In this document: one piece after another, positions 12,401-26,600 of the stretch | Position numbering within the stretch: the stretch's first letter is position 1 | Layout of the letters: every line of letters starts with the position of its first letter | Translations under genes and position numbers: made by a program | Notes under the pieces: model-generated | Database searches by the model: none | The model's input: the letters and a program-made list of their open reading frames with translations, nothing else | Told to the model about the DNA's origin: nothing | Source of the DNA: Antedon mediterranea | Taxonomy: Eukaryota; Animalia; Echinodermata | Direction: 5' to 3' | NCBI RefSeq assembly: GCF_964355755.1 | Contig: NC_092674.1 | Coordinates: 7,812,001 to 7,876,000, forward strand | Length of the DNA stretch: 64,000 nt

Positions 12401-13979
12401 ACTTACGTTTGCCTCTCACCACCCAGGTATATAATTGGGAACCCGGTTAGATCAAGACACCACTTTGCGCTGATTACTAGCTGCATATATGGGAGTATGT
12501 TTCTATAGGTGTTTGATCAGGAAATGACTGGGGAAATAATGTTCAGCTCATTGAGAGCTTGATTATGCGCTATATAAAAATGAAGTATTATTATTATTAT
12601 TTATACCGAAACCGTCAAAGCAAATGCTCGTATTGTAAGCATATTCTACAAAAAGTCTGAAAATTAAGCAACACAATTAAGATTATTGAAGTCGGTTTGA
12701 AAATTCATTTCGCATACTGAATATACACATTTAAACCACGCTATATCTAATAAAATAGTGATACATTTGAAACATTTCAACCACCAGCACCACCACCACC
12801 ATCATTGTCATCATTGTGTTTGTATGCAGAGGAATTTCCACTATTTAGAAAAGAATAACAAATGGAATATTGCTTTGTAATCGACATGTTTTATGACACT
12901 TTAAAAACTTCCACGTAGAAAGAAATTTGGAAGATGGAAACATGGAAAGGCAAGCGCATTAGTCAACGCTTTCGATTTGCAAAAACAAATTCACCTGGAA
13001 AACATCTGTAAAGAAAACATTTTAGCTAGCCCACATTATAATTACACGCTATGAAATATTTTTTAGATTAGTGGATATTACGTTCCTTTCATAAATATAT
13101 TGTTTGTAGAGTCATGGAAAGGGTATCAAGTGTTATAGTAAACAGTTATTATAACTCATCATGACCTTAGCCATTGATTGCCAGCATACGCTGTTATGGT
13201 CACCCTCTATAACTAATTAGGTTGAATAAAAAAATTAATAAAAACAAATAAGACAAAATTCTTCAATATATTTTGCATCGACAAATGTGCGACTTTGTTG
13301 AATAGTTGCTAATAAAATTATATTCGTTTAGGCTAAGTTAACCAGAACATGTGCTGTATTTAGCAAAATGGCACCCTTACTCTATTTAATTTAATTATAT
13401 GTGGCCATAATTGCTATTAAAACATACATAGCTTCCTTACAATATGTATTATTTTATCTTATTGTGTTTTGGAAACAGTCTGAAATATTGAATATTGAAA
13501 TATCTTATTTATACTGGGCGATCGCTTCAGTCAAAGATTAGTCTCCCAGAGAGCCCAGTTATGATCAGCGACTGTGATGTACTAGTACACCGGTGTAACC
13601 CCCTACTCGTCTCGAAAGATATACTGATTCTTTAAAGTACACATGAGCTAGATGTGTACACTGGACTCAGGGTTTATAGTCCTTATCCTAGACGACTCGT
13701 TCTACCACCAGAACCACGGAGCAAGTGAGCCTCGACCCTTTGCCAATGCTATGGCTAGTTCCACTGTTTTAACCGCTCGGCCACTCACTCGTGTATCCCT
13801 CATGTCAAGTACCACGTTTATTCGAATAAAACTAAAAACTCCAATTTCAGATAAAGTCGGCCTGAGCAAGATTTTACAATTATACAAAACATAATTATAA
13901 ACATACCTGATCTTGAATGCAATGCCAAAGAGAAAGATATAACCAGAAGAAACAAGTTTACAAAACGTTTAGCCAACAT
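9479..13979 (-). CDS. Gene A: Tie-like ectodomain receptor, first 5 exons (SP, Ig1, Ig2, EGF1, EGF2); 3' part not in window
   Basis: GT-AG exons 13979-13907 (MLAKRFVNLFLLVISFSLALHSRS), 11585-11196, 10488-10243, 9852-9718 and 9619-9479, all phase 1 and paralogous to genes B-D. RLIVR-ACPSPKW...CPPDPVGC matches the Tie Ig2-EGF signature. Confidence 0.85.
10583..10898. mobile_element. Degenerate Kolobok-like MITE
   Basis: Left end GATGTATTGTCCC and right end GGGAAAATACA...CATCTTTAA resemble the TIRs of 49362-49913. Confidence 0.55.
12294..12603 (+). mobile_element. tRNA-derived SINE with CORE-like centre and (ATT)n tail
   Basis: A-box-like TGGCGCTGTG, B box GGTTCGAATCC, central TTAGGCAAGATACTTTA...CACCCAGGTATATAATTGGG, 3' GCGCTATATAAAAATGAAGT(ATT)n. 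Confidence 0.8.
13505..13792 (-). mobile_element. tRNA-derived SINE (second family)
   Basis: Minus strand has A box TGGCCGAGCGG and degenerate B box GGGTCGAGGC, followed by GGATAAGGACTATAAACC...TTAAAGAATC, resembling conserved invertebrate SINE central domains. Confidence 0.65.
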
Positions 13980-14167
13980 CTCCACTAATGTCTACACGTC
14001 ATCCATGTTCATTAAGTAGCCAGTTATAATAGCAATGGTACGCTCATACACGTGTCTAGAACTTTTTATTTGGATAGAATGCTATATAATACAATGTTAT
14101 AGCAATGAATTAGTTAAATTAGCGAAACACAACAGACTTCTACAGCACTTAATATTAATATGAAGTG

Positions 14168-14218
14168 TTTCCTTGTTTATTTAGGTGTCTGTATATTAAC
14201 CCATGACCCTTTTATCTA
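14168..14218 (-). promoter_or_regulatory. Conserved upstream block of gene A
   Basis: TTCCTTGTTTATTTAGGTGTC.GTATATTAACCCATGACCCTTTTATCT recurs upstream of all four genes and contains forkhead-like and GATA-like motifs. Confidence 0.5.
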
Positions 14219-17200
14219 GTAATAATCCTATTTCCTCATACTTTAAAACCGGTACTATAAAAGCTGAATAGATATAACCCACAACAAAAACTATTGTCTA
14301 ATTTTAACATCGCGAAAGAAAAATAAATTTTATATAATGGTGTATTTGATTGATTCCTGTACTACATCAGAACTTTTCATCAGCAGTGAATTATTATTCA
14401 TAACAATGAGTTTGCTACTTTACACAACTCGTTTGGTAGGCTATATTAAGTCTTGGTAGTGTTTTTGTTTATTTATCACTACGTATATTCGCACAATAGG
14501 TTATACTTCAGGATCATAATTAGAATCTCTCCACAAAAGTTGAGCTTATTTTGAAAAGTGCACTGGCGATTTACAAAGCGTATAAGGAAATAATAATAAT
14601 ATTATTAACAATTATAAGTGGCGTGAATCGAACCATGGAGCGTACCCTTGTGTTTATAAAGAGATCCCTTTGTGTTTATTATAAGGAGATCCGTTTAAAA
14701 TTATTGACTTATGACGATATGCTTCAATGCATTTTGATAATATCTTTTAAACTATCACATAGGCTCATATTAAGAATCCTGATTGAATGCCGCTTGATAT
14801 CAAGAAACGATATTTTAACCAACAACATGTAACATTAATCCTAAGTAATAGAATAATTATAGCATGCACACAATATTTGTAAGGGTTATATTCACGAATA
14901 TTTCTAAAATAATTGCTACTATAAACATTTTGAGGCAGCTGATTACAAATCTAATACTGCTAAAATTATTGCATTAATGGTCTTATAAGGTTGAAGTTTG
15001 TTATGCTTATTTTGTTTATAATCATTAAATGTCCACAAAATACAGCATGTCTCAAAATGGTCTTTTAAAATATGCATTGAATTAATATTTTGTTTCTGTG
15101 TAAAATTCGTTAGTACAGTATGGCTTTCAAAATTCTACATCGATATATTCGTTGTCAAAACACAGGTGTGTAGGGACAAACCGGAATGTATGGATGTTTT
15201 TATATTATACATAGTCAACAGGTTTAGGAGAGTTATCCTACATTTTCGGCCTGAAATAATGTAACGTACCGTACTGCTTGAGTTTAACCGATAGAGAACG
15301 ATACATTTGTCAATGTTGTTACTTCTTCCGTCGTTGTAAAACGTTTCTTCTACCTGTCAGCCTCATTAATGTTCATGTTGTTGTTGTTACACTGTATAAA
15401 ACGTTTTTTTACACCTGTCAGCCTATTACGTTTCATGCTGTTGTTGCTACACTATATAAAAAGCTTCTTTATTTATTCATATCAGCCTCAGTAATTACTT
15501 TGCTTCGCTATTGCTTTGGATTGAGTGCTTGGTCCATTCATTTGCACAGTATGTGGTCAAACCAGGTTAGCATACTTGGTGACGGTTCTTGAATTGATGA
15601 TTACATTTTAATCTCCGACAACTCTCTTTTCAGAATAATTAGTGAATAATTGTGACTTGGAGTTTTGATTTGAAGTAATTTGAATGTTGTTTCAAATGAT
15701 AAAAGAAACATGATTGGTGATAATTTTATATAACATTTATTAAATAGTTATTTATGAAGATTGTAAGAAATAATTCAGTAGAAATTCTTCTCAAAATAAA
15801 TTCTTATTTGTATGTACACAGTTATAGGCCTACCAGTCTGGATTGCGAATGGTTTAAACTCTTAAAATATTTGAAAGTACATCTAACGAAGCATGTTTTT
15901 ATTATTAGTCCACAAAATTGTATAACATGTTCCGTTATTATTTCTTAATGTGCATCTTATTTTAACAGTAATGTCTTTCAAATGTTAGTCGTGAGAGTAT
16001 TGTTATTATACTGTACGAGTAGGCAACTGGTACGGTGACTGGTTGGAAAAAATCGGTTTTTAAAATAAAAATGTCCAGTTTTAAAAGAACGCTTACATGC
16101 GTATTTTAGTACTACTAATTTTAGTTTAAATTATTGTGGTATTTAGATCATCCTATGGCTAAATATTATATTTATTTATTTTTATTTTCTTTCAACTTAA
16201 ACTTCTGTACACGTGTCTGATCTATTTATTTCCGTAAAAATAGTTCAATTATAATTAAAAAATTGTGTTTATTAATAAAAAAAAGTGTTTCTTTTCTTTC
16301 GTATTGTATTGTTTTTGGTTTTTTTTTACACATTGGTTAAACATTTTTTGGAGAAGAGAACTTTAGAAAGAGCACTTTTAATCCAACTACCAGTTGTTTT
16401 TCAAAAATTCATACCGTATTTACTGGACCATGAGTAGGCTATAACCAACAATATAATAATACTGAAGACGTTATTTGATAATTTTGTTTTAAGTTACGCG
16501 ACCTATAAATAAGTTCAGGACAGTGATGTTGTGAAACTGTTGCTTACGAGTTCTTACGTTAGTTGGACGAAGTGTTGTTACCATCCACAACATATTTATA
16601 CAAGTATATACAAGTTTATAAGAAATACAACTCGCCCTTATTAATTAATAAAATACAAAGCCCAATGTATTGTGACTTTACTTAGACGGCATATAACATT
16701 ATTTGGAAAGACATATTCAACCGAATAAAGCGATTTCTTTCTTTATTCATCAAAAAATTAAAAACAAATATATAAATATAACATTACAATATATAATATA
16801 TAAAACATTTAAATAATTGATGTAAAACAAAAAAAAAACAAAAAAAAAATAAATAAATAAAATAAAATGAATAAATGAAGTACGAAAAATCTTAATCGTT
16901 GTGATTATGTAAATTAATACATTTTATACCTCGTGTTAACGGATAACAATTCACTGATGTTGATATTGGCCCATTATGTCGTCAATTGTGAAAACGTGTA
17001 GTGGCGACGCATGATTCACCATTGTAATTAGAAAATTATACTTATATACTTATACTAAATATAATATATTATTAAAATTATAATAACGAAATAAAGAATC
17101 ACAATATTAATACTTTATATTTATATTATATAAGTTATATTACAATAATAAACAGTATTAACGTGTTTGAATATGAAATTGATATATATAATGGCCATTG

Positions 17201-17693
17201 GAGTGAGACAATACGCATGGCCTAAACATCTTTCAATTGAAAATTAAGGGTGACCTAATTTAAAAAGAGTGTCAGGCAGTATGTAAGGTGAGGAACAGGT
17301 TGTATTACCTCTGAATGATGATGATTATGAGGTTTGGGGTGTTAGCCGATTTTAATTGTCAGTGTATGTGTATTACTGTACCTCCGAGTAACAGACTCGT
17401 TTTGGGCGTAGCATTCAATCGTGCGGTTTGTAAGAAAATCAGTATTCAACTTGTTACCTCTGACTACTGTGTAACGAGTGTTGTAATTGTTGGGATATTC
17501 AGCTAGTGTGTGAGTGTCTCAGCTAGTAGCACAAAACGTTGTGAGGTTTTAGTCTGTTAAATTTAAAGTAGGAAAAGGAAAAGGCTATCTGCATAGTCAA
17601 CCGTATGTATAACTTTTTTTTTGTTTTTCAATAGTAGTTATTACTTCTAGGTTTCTAGGTAATGAATATACGTATCAAGTATTAAGCACTCCT

Positions 17694-20600
17694 TTAAACA
17701 TTGACATATTCTTGATAATTCTGCAGGTAACATTTTGCTGCATCGTAGCAAAAGTTGTATTGAACCTACAAGTAAAACAGTCAATAAAATAATATAAGTA
17801 TGATATGTATGTGTAATTAGGCTTAAGTATAATAAGTATAGTATCGTATAATAACGTATGCAACAAATGTCTATGACTGAAAACAAATAATTTAAATACT
17901 TAACTGTAGACTTACTCGTGTTCGTGTAAGTATTTAACGAGGCTTGGTTGGTTATGAATTTGTTAAACTTAACTCAAAATATTGATAAAGGGAGTACAAA
18001 TCTCATGGAAGCAACCATTAAAACAGAAATACTCCGAAGCTATATCCTATCAATGTGAATCTTATCTTATCTAGGTGATCTTGGCGCTGATGAATGACGA
18101 TGGTGATACTAATAATGTATTATCTACAAGTTTATGACAATATTTAATAATAATTACAATACCTTAGTTTTCACCATAGTAGGACAGGTTGAACGCAGTG
18201 TTTTAAGTGTTTGGAATACATCCACCACCTTGTCATCTCTCATTTTCCCAATCATTGAATGAACTAGGCAGAATAATCCAGATCTGCAAACTCCATCCCT
18301 AATAGACAAAAAAAGCATTAATACAATGAAGCTAATTCTTCATGTAATTCGTTTTATTAAAAATATAAATATGGTTTGGTATGGTTGATAAAAATATCGT
18401 ACGCCATACAACCTAATAATTTAAAAGATGGTACGTGTAATAATCCTAAATGAATTTTTACATTCTTAAATTAAATTGACATTTCAATGTTGTAAAAACA
18501 TTTTTTTATTAAAAAATTATATTTTTGTCATTGAAACATTATATACTAAGATATCGAACTTACGCAATACAAACATAGTGAGTTTTTTAAATTTTGTTTG
18601 ATAAGCTCCAAATGGTTAGCCTAATTTATGTTAGTTCAATAATATCTTCTTTAAAACGAAACAGCTAATAAGGAAACATAATGACAATAATGTATTCTTA
18701 CAGACAGTGCACGATGGTTGGCTTGTTACTAGAAACAACGCCCTCTCCAATGTTTGTAATGAACCGCACAAACTGATCCACTTTGGGAACGGTCTTTCCG
18801 TTTGGCCATTGCCGGAACTCAAAGTGAGCAAATTCCCGTACGTTGTTTTCCTTAAAGACGAAACATAGCAATAGACTTAAAATTCAAGAAATGTTATTTT
18901 TCTACTTTGAAATGGAAATTTGTTTTGCTAGGCATAATTAAGACAATAAAACAACAAAGAAAAACTGTTTCAAAAACTTTAAAAAATGCAGATTTTAAAA
19001 ATGCCATAGGCCCTGTAAAATACTGTTCAATTCAAAAGTAAAATTACAGCAAAGAGTTATCTTCGAACGTTAGAATTGTACATATTAATGATATTTACAA
19101 CAAAAGACTTCCTAGTTCTACATAGATTATCATATAACAATATTCATATAAACTTCCTTATATTTATTGTTCTATAGTAATACCTTTACTAGACATAACA
19201 TTTATTCTATTCTTCGTATTGTTTTAATTACTGTAGAAATTACATCAATCTGTAATAATAATCAACAAAAGGTTACCTTTTCTAATGATATTTTTCTTTC
19301 GATCATAAAGTCATTCTTCATTGCAGATTTTACAGTGACAATATATTTCCCGAATTTCATTGGTTGTTTTATTTGCTTGGGAATGTACGCGCCACAACTT
19401 CTGTCCATGTCATTCAGCTGCACAATGACGTCAGATTTATAGTCAAACACCAAACGCCAGAAATCGTCGGTAGTATTTGCTGGGTCAGCCAAGGGAGCCT
19501 GTGTCACAATGTACGCGTTGCGCTTCTTGTAAACCTAGACATAGAAATAGAAAACAACACTCTACCTTTGCAACAACACAAGATATACAATGTTTATATT
19601 GCAATAACCATAACCATATCGTGTTTTATGGAAAAATTGAAGCATATTAACTGCAAAAAAAAGACGGCAAGGGGGTGGGGGTTGTTAGAGAAAAACTACA
19701 CCATTGATATCAAGACAATGATGTATTTGTTTGTTATGTAATAATATGTAAACTTGTAATTGTTTGTGTTAAAAAAATTAAATATCCTTACGTCACAGAA
19801 GGATGCATTTATATAATCAGTACCACGATCGGATTGTGACATCAATATCGGACGAGCTTTATTGACTGCAAAAAATAAAAAATTATATTAATTTGAATTA
19901 TTCCATCCAATCCAATAATTGCAACGCGATAAAGCTAATTTTTCCAGCAGAAAGAAGTAATTTATGAGTTATTAATAGGCCAGCAACAGCAAAACTACTA
20001 CTACAAAAAAAATTATGACGAGGCCTACTATGTTTTTAAGTGACTAGATTTAGATGCTAGTTTTAGTAAGGCCTTGTTTATACTGAGCATAACTCGATTA
20101 AAATATGTTTTCTTTTTGTAGTAGACACAGGCATCAGAACTTACGTGGTACTACGTCATCGAATCTATTTTTAAAAACATTCTCTGGTAGTCTAGCATGT
20201 GACGTAAGATCATCAACAGGAAGTGGAAACAAACAGTTCAAAGTCTAAATAAACAAAAAGTGTTGAAAGGGAGTTTCAAACTGGGGAAAGATTTTCTTTT
20301 AGAGAATAAGTGAAGCAAACGTGTTTTTAAAGATGTCACAAAAAAACATGAAAAATGCCTGAATAGGTTATTTTGTTGTTTAATAAAATCACTTCCGTAG
20401 ACTAAAAACAAACAAAAAATATTTTCACTTATAAATTAATTAATAAAAATGGTTTAAATCAACAAAAACACGTTGGCTGGCAGCTAATCTGACTTTTTGT
20501 TTTAAAGTTTTTCAGCTAAATACATTTTGTTTTGATCAAATTAAAAGTACTGTGACATTATAATGGCAAAAACAATGTTTAAGAATTATTTTTCAGGGGG

Positions 20601-23600
20601 ACAATACATCTATTATTAAAACAAATGATTGTTAGAAAAAAATGCTTACTTTGAGTTGATAATCAAAATGTGATGGCGTTTGTTGTGTTTGCCGCTGTAT
20701 TTCGTTTTGCAATTCAGTTACAGGAATTACAGTCTCTCCACAAAACAATTCCTCAAGTATAACGGCATAGATAAACTTATATTGTTCCTGTAGATAAAAT
20801 ACATAGTTTAACAATGCAATATTAATGTTTGAAGTGCGAGAAACGGATGCCTAATGCTTGTCGGATGTGGCGCTGAGTGCCAAATAACGACGGGATGCGA
20901 ACAATATTGTAGGTCTGATAACATCTGTAATCTGGAAAAGTAAGGTAATCCAAGATTGTTATATTGTTATAGTAACATAACCGTACCGTAATGTATGTAG
21001 GTCTACACTTTATAGCTTATCGAGTTCACTATTTAAAAAAAAGTAGTATTTGGTAACACAGGTCATCCGTATAATCTGGGTACACTTTAGAATACAGATG
21101 AGCTTATAGTCGCGTGCAAACGCGACTCTATCTCACTATGTCGGTCGGTTGGTCGGTCGGTAAATACTAACTAAAATTTGAGCACGCGACTGCAGTCATG
21201 TATATGGCCTTGTTGTTTATTGAAGTTTCTGATTAAGCCAAAATAAACAAAATGTTTGTGTGTGTGTGTTATTGTAACTTTTCTTAATTGTGTTCATTTC
21301 TATGGTGCCAGTTATGGGTTCAACTTCACGTTCAACAAAAGGAAACAATAGATCAACTGATTTACGTCTAACCTCTGTTTGAACCATTTGGATACGTTTC
21401 TGCCTCATACTTCGTACAAAATTAAACACGTCCACTTTGCCTTGGTCCTTCGACATATCCAACATGGCGGCTATAGCGATTACAGTTCCAGTCCTACCAG
21501 CTCCCGCACTAACCGATTTTAAATATAATAATACAAAAATAATAATTACAAATTGTTTTGTTAGTCTCAACACATTTCTTTTTTTTCAATATATGTCTTT
21601 CCTTAACGTACAAAAAGGTATTGTGCTTAGAAAAATATCTAAATGTTTTTGGATACAATCAATTAACTAATCAACAATATTGAAAACGAAGATAAACTTT
21701 ATCAAATTACCTGCAATGTACAATAACTGGTCCACTACTAGACACTTTCTGCTGAGTTTTTCTAAATGTTTGGATAAAGTCGATTAACTGCGGAACGGCG
21801 TTGGAAACACTCTTGTCAGGCCATTCAGTAAAGTGATACTGGTATACAACGTTATAGATACTGTCTTCATCCCCTACCTATTAAAACAAAATTATTAAAA
21901 GTAGTCACAGCAGTAACTTCATTTGTTTTCCTCTTCCTGTTTTCAATTCACAGAATAAATGTAGAATTGAACTTGTGTCTGTACAACCCACTTAATTTAG
22001 TGTATAATTTGAATGAACGGAATGAACAAGTCATAAATTTAATATAAACCAATGCGGTCATTCTAAAACATATAAGCTCTTTCAAAGTATCTATATATAA
22101 ATTCACGTAAGGGCAAAATTCGGTAAATCGCGCCTTACTTCTAGAATGTTTACTCGATGGTATATAAAGTTGGTTCGTACTTTCGATACTGATTTTAACC
22201 ACCTGATGTAACCATGTTTACTAATGAAATGGAGTTCGATAATTAGTTATTGACGATTAAAACGAATTTAGGTTCAACGATTTGCCCCAAATAGGGGTGT
22301 TTTCCGATCGTGGTATACACTGTCCAATGCATGTCTATCTTGAAAAATACCCGCATACAATAATACGAGGATGCTTCGCATTTTCCTATCTCCTCCTACG
22401 ATAATTGTTTTTAATGGATGAAAACCGGTTGAACAGCTCGAGTACAGCATCATAATGTTGAAGACAGACCTATTTTCTTAAAAAAATACTATTTTGATAG
22501 ATTTGATATACATTTATACAAATGTATTGATTTCCGATGAATGGAACATTCCAATAATAACTCTTTGCTTTAACACAAGTACCACCAGCTGTAGGTAAAT
22601 TTATTGGCCCTTGGGGAATTAACCTAAAACGTATATATAGATATAGTATTGCAATAAATACGTATTAACATTTGTGGTCGCCATTGAATTTACTGTGAGT
22701 GTGGGTACTGTTAGATGTATAACACAATCATGTACAAATAAACGTATTACTGTGAGAGTAGGCCCTACTGTTATATAGAACGTACAATATTCAAATAAAC
22801 TGTAGTACTGACAGTTGCTTCTCAACGTTTGTATTAATTAATAATTACAAAGAATATAAACGTTGTAGTGGTACGTGTATCGTTACATGTACTACCGTAT
22901 TCTATTTCAATCGACTATGACAGTGACAGTTTTAACAATAAAGTATTAAGTCGCAAATGTGTTACTGTATCAAGTGGTATATTATTTATAGGCCTGTGAG
23001 TAGGCCCTACTGTTATACAAAACGTACAATATACAAATAAACTGTACTACTGACAGTTGCTTCTCAATGTTTGTATTAATTAATAATTACAAAGAATATA
23101 AACGTTGTAGTGGTACGTGTATCGTTACATGTACTATGCTATTTCAATGGACTATAACAGTGACAGTTTTAACAAAGTATTAAATCGCAAATGTGTTACT
23201 GTATCAAGTGGTATATTATTTATAGGCCTATCAAACATGAAAAACATATTTCGTTACTGAGTAGATAAAGAATATATTAAAACATTGTTCTTCTTTGTAC
23301 CCATATCCTCTTCCCCATCCCTCAACCCTAATGTTACACACAAAACACAAATTGGGTTTGTTTAAATGAGTCCAAATAACAAATTTGGACTCATTTTGTG
23401 ACAAGTTTCTCTTTCGGAAGTAATTTCCAGTGTGCTAATTTCAGTTTAATACATAAATCATCGTGTCTATTTATTCGTTTCTGTAAACAATAATAACTAT
23501 TATTATCCTGCAGTACGTACATTAAAAAAAAGCATTTTTTTACGCTGAAATTACTGTGTATTCGAGAACCATCTGTGGGCACGACCTAGATGGTACGCGA

Positions 23601-26600
23601 GCGAAGCGAGCGTACCATCTAGTACACACAATTGTAAGTATAATTATAGACAAAGATAATGATGAAACAGGATAAGGACCTAACTTAACTCATAATATAC
23701 CTTTTGAACTTGAAAAGTTCGGATGACATAATGACCGTAGTTGGTTTCACGTGCATTTGTAACAGATATACCTGCGTATTCCTGTCTATTATTTAAATCG
23801 GGCCAGTATTGTTCGCATTTTTTCTGAAAACAGATAAAAAACATTAATCAAATCATGGACCATGAACGTAATTGTAGGTCTAGCCATTTTTTTGTACTGG
23901 AGAATTCCACAAATTGACTGACTGAAATCAATCAACTCAATATTACTAATGCATACACATTTAGGTCATGTTTCCTACATTTTTCTCTATAACACAATCG
24001 CACAGTCATAATTACCCGTTTTCCCTCAACAAGATTCGTAACAACGACAATAACGCTAGATTTTTCTTTCCAGATCATTCTCCACATATCGTTCACTGAA
24101 GCAACATTCGGTCCTGAAAAATGGTGAATAAATAATATAAGTATCCTGTCTTATCAGGAAAGAGTGCGATTTCTTACCAAACGATTAGTTTTGTATAAGG
24201 TTAGATGTTGGCTATTAATTTGCGGTAAAATAAAATGTAATTCAGCAAAATAAAATGTAATTCAGCAAAATAATTTTTACCTTGACATGCGATGAATTCA
24301 TGCGGTATTGTATATCCCTGAAAAAAAGTTGTAAAACTACATTACATGCGATTGCATGACAAAATGTTAACTAATAACATACATTTAGGCCTACTATAAC
24401 TTAGCGATTACTAGCGACTAACAGATTAATATAATATTAATCTCATTCAAACGGCAACTGACGAGAAATGACTTAATGAATCTATGAATGTATTATAAAT
24501 GGCGATGGTTATTTTATTTAGTAAAATGTGTTTTCGACTGCAATTTTTTTTTGCTTCTAGTATGCGTAACCATGTCTCAATTTTAGTAGCCTAACTATTA
24601 CTTTTTAAAACTTACATCCAGATATGAAGCATTGATGTAGTCAGATCCCGGAACATTGTCAATCTTGTCAAGAACCACACGGGTATTGTCATCTGAAATT
24701 TAAATATTATAATCATTATAGTTGTAACTAAAATTGTAAGTTGAAGTTTAGCTGATAAAAAGAATAACAAATTAACACCATTACGTCATTACGTCATAAA
24801 TCTATACGTTTCTGCAGACCTTAATAATGATAGTGAACATGTTTGTGAAACTTACATGGTATTACGTTTGCATAGCGATTCTTTTTTTTATTTACTGAAG
24901 ATTTTGCGACTGTGCTCGGAAACAGGGGCTTGTTGCCAAGATCCTTCAGATAAAAGAACAATAAAATGGTGTATTATAGTGTTATGTAGTATTATATTAT
25001 CATCACAAGAATCAGACCACATGCATTCATACAAAAATACAATATTAAATGACCAAGTACAGTAAACATGACAAAGCTTAGTTCTAACTAGGACGAAATG
25101 CAATGACATAAGCGCAAGTGAGTTGACCAATCATAGTTGGCAGTTCAGATGATCCATCGCGTCGGGATTGGTCAAGATGAGCTTGCGCTGTACTTATTAC
25201 GAACCTCAAACTCTTTCTCAAAGCCACTTTCGAAACTTAATTGACGCTTCATCACATAGTCATGTAGTTTGGATAACTCAATGGGTTTGTACTCTTGGTT
25301 GTTCAACTGTGTGTTACCATACACTGGTTCCTGATCAATTTCAGTATCAGGCTGATATTCGGATTCAGACTCGACCTCGTCGTCAGTGTGTACTTGTTCT
25401 TTTGAAAAGTTTTCGACACCCCTCAATTCACCAGGGGCACCCTTCACTTCGTCATAGGCACTGTCTGTAAACACAAAACTTCAATTCAATTATTTTGTAA
25501 AATTTAATCGACCGGTACTTGTAAATCATAATACTACCAACAAGTATCACTCGCCAATGAGTACGGTACCTTTTTTACCCTATGATATTAGTATCTTACC
25601 TCCTATATCTTGTTCTTGTATAATTTGACGAGAGACATGACCACTAGTGGACACACAAGCACCGGATACACCACCAGCACTTTTATAACTTCTACGTCTA
25701 ATTTAAAGGAACAACATGTATGTGCATATTAAAGAAAGCGAGGTATTCTCCAAATAAAAAATAATCCCACTCAAGAATATTACTGGAAAGTATTCTAAAA
25801 CTTATTATAAAGTACAATTACGTAAGAGTAGGGAAAACCTCTGACCACAAAATAGTGATAAAAACCATTACAGGATTGGATTATAACAGACTATAAGAGC
25901 AACAAAAATGTCAATTACCGCTTAATTACAATCAACACCAGGAGAAGTATCACAAGCACTGGAATCAGGCATCCAATTATCACACCTATTGGAGCTCTAG
26001 AACCTTAAAATAAATAAGTATTGTGTAATTATTTAGTAATTTATTAAGTAAGTTGTTGGGAGAAGGGAGACATTTTACGTATAGTATAAGTATTATATTC
26101 TTTACTTAATCCAAAACGAGAATATAAATCAAGTGCGATATGTTTATAACATTGCTTACCCTGACTTCCAGATTCACAATCTGTCCCAAGCATAACTGCC
26201 GTTGTGTCAGATGTTCCTTCAACTTTTAAATATGACGCTAGTACTGTGAATGTATATTCTATACATAATTCAATTCCGTCAAAAAAAACTTCAGTTTCGT
26301 TAGTATTTCCTTGCTGAAATATTCCACCTGACAGTTTATAATGGTAAGTCAGCTGATAATCTGGGATGTCACATGTAGAAGTTTTCCACTTCATATGTAA
26401 ATGTGTTTCATTCGAGAATGGATTACTTTCTACCGATGGCTCTATTATAGAAACAGAGAATAAATAGACTATTGAACATAATTCGATTATTGAACATATA
26501 TATCTAATATAAATATCTTTAGAATAACAATACTGCAGTTCTCGTATAAGGACTCATTTTAACTCTATCTCTTTTATTATTTGTATTGATGTTGTACTAA

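Noticed and set aside
14551-17506. Short hydrophobic ORFs between genes A and B
   Set aside because: Low-complexity AT-rich frames with no recognisable domain or splice context.
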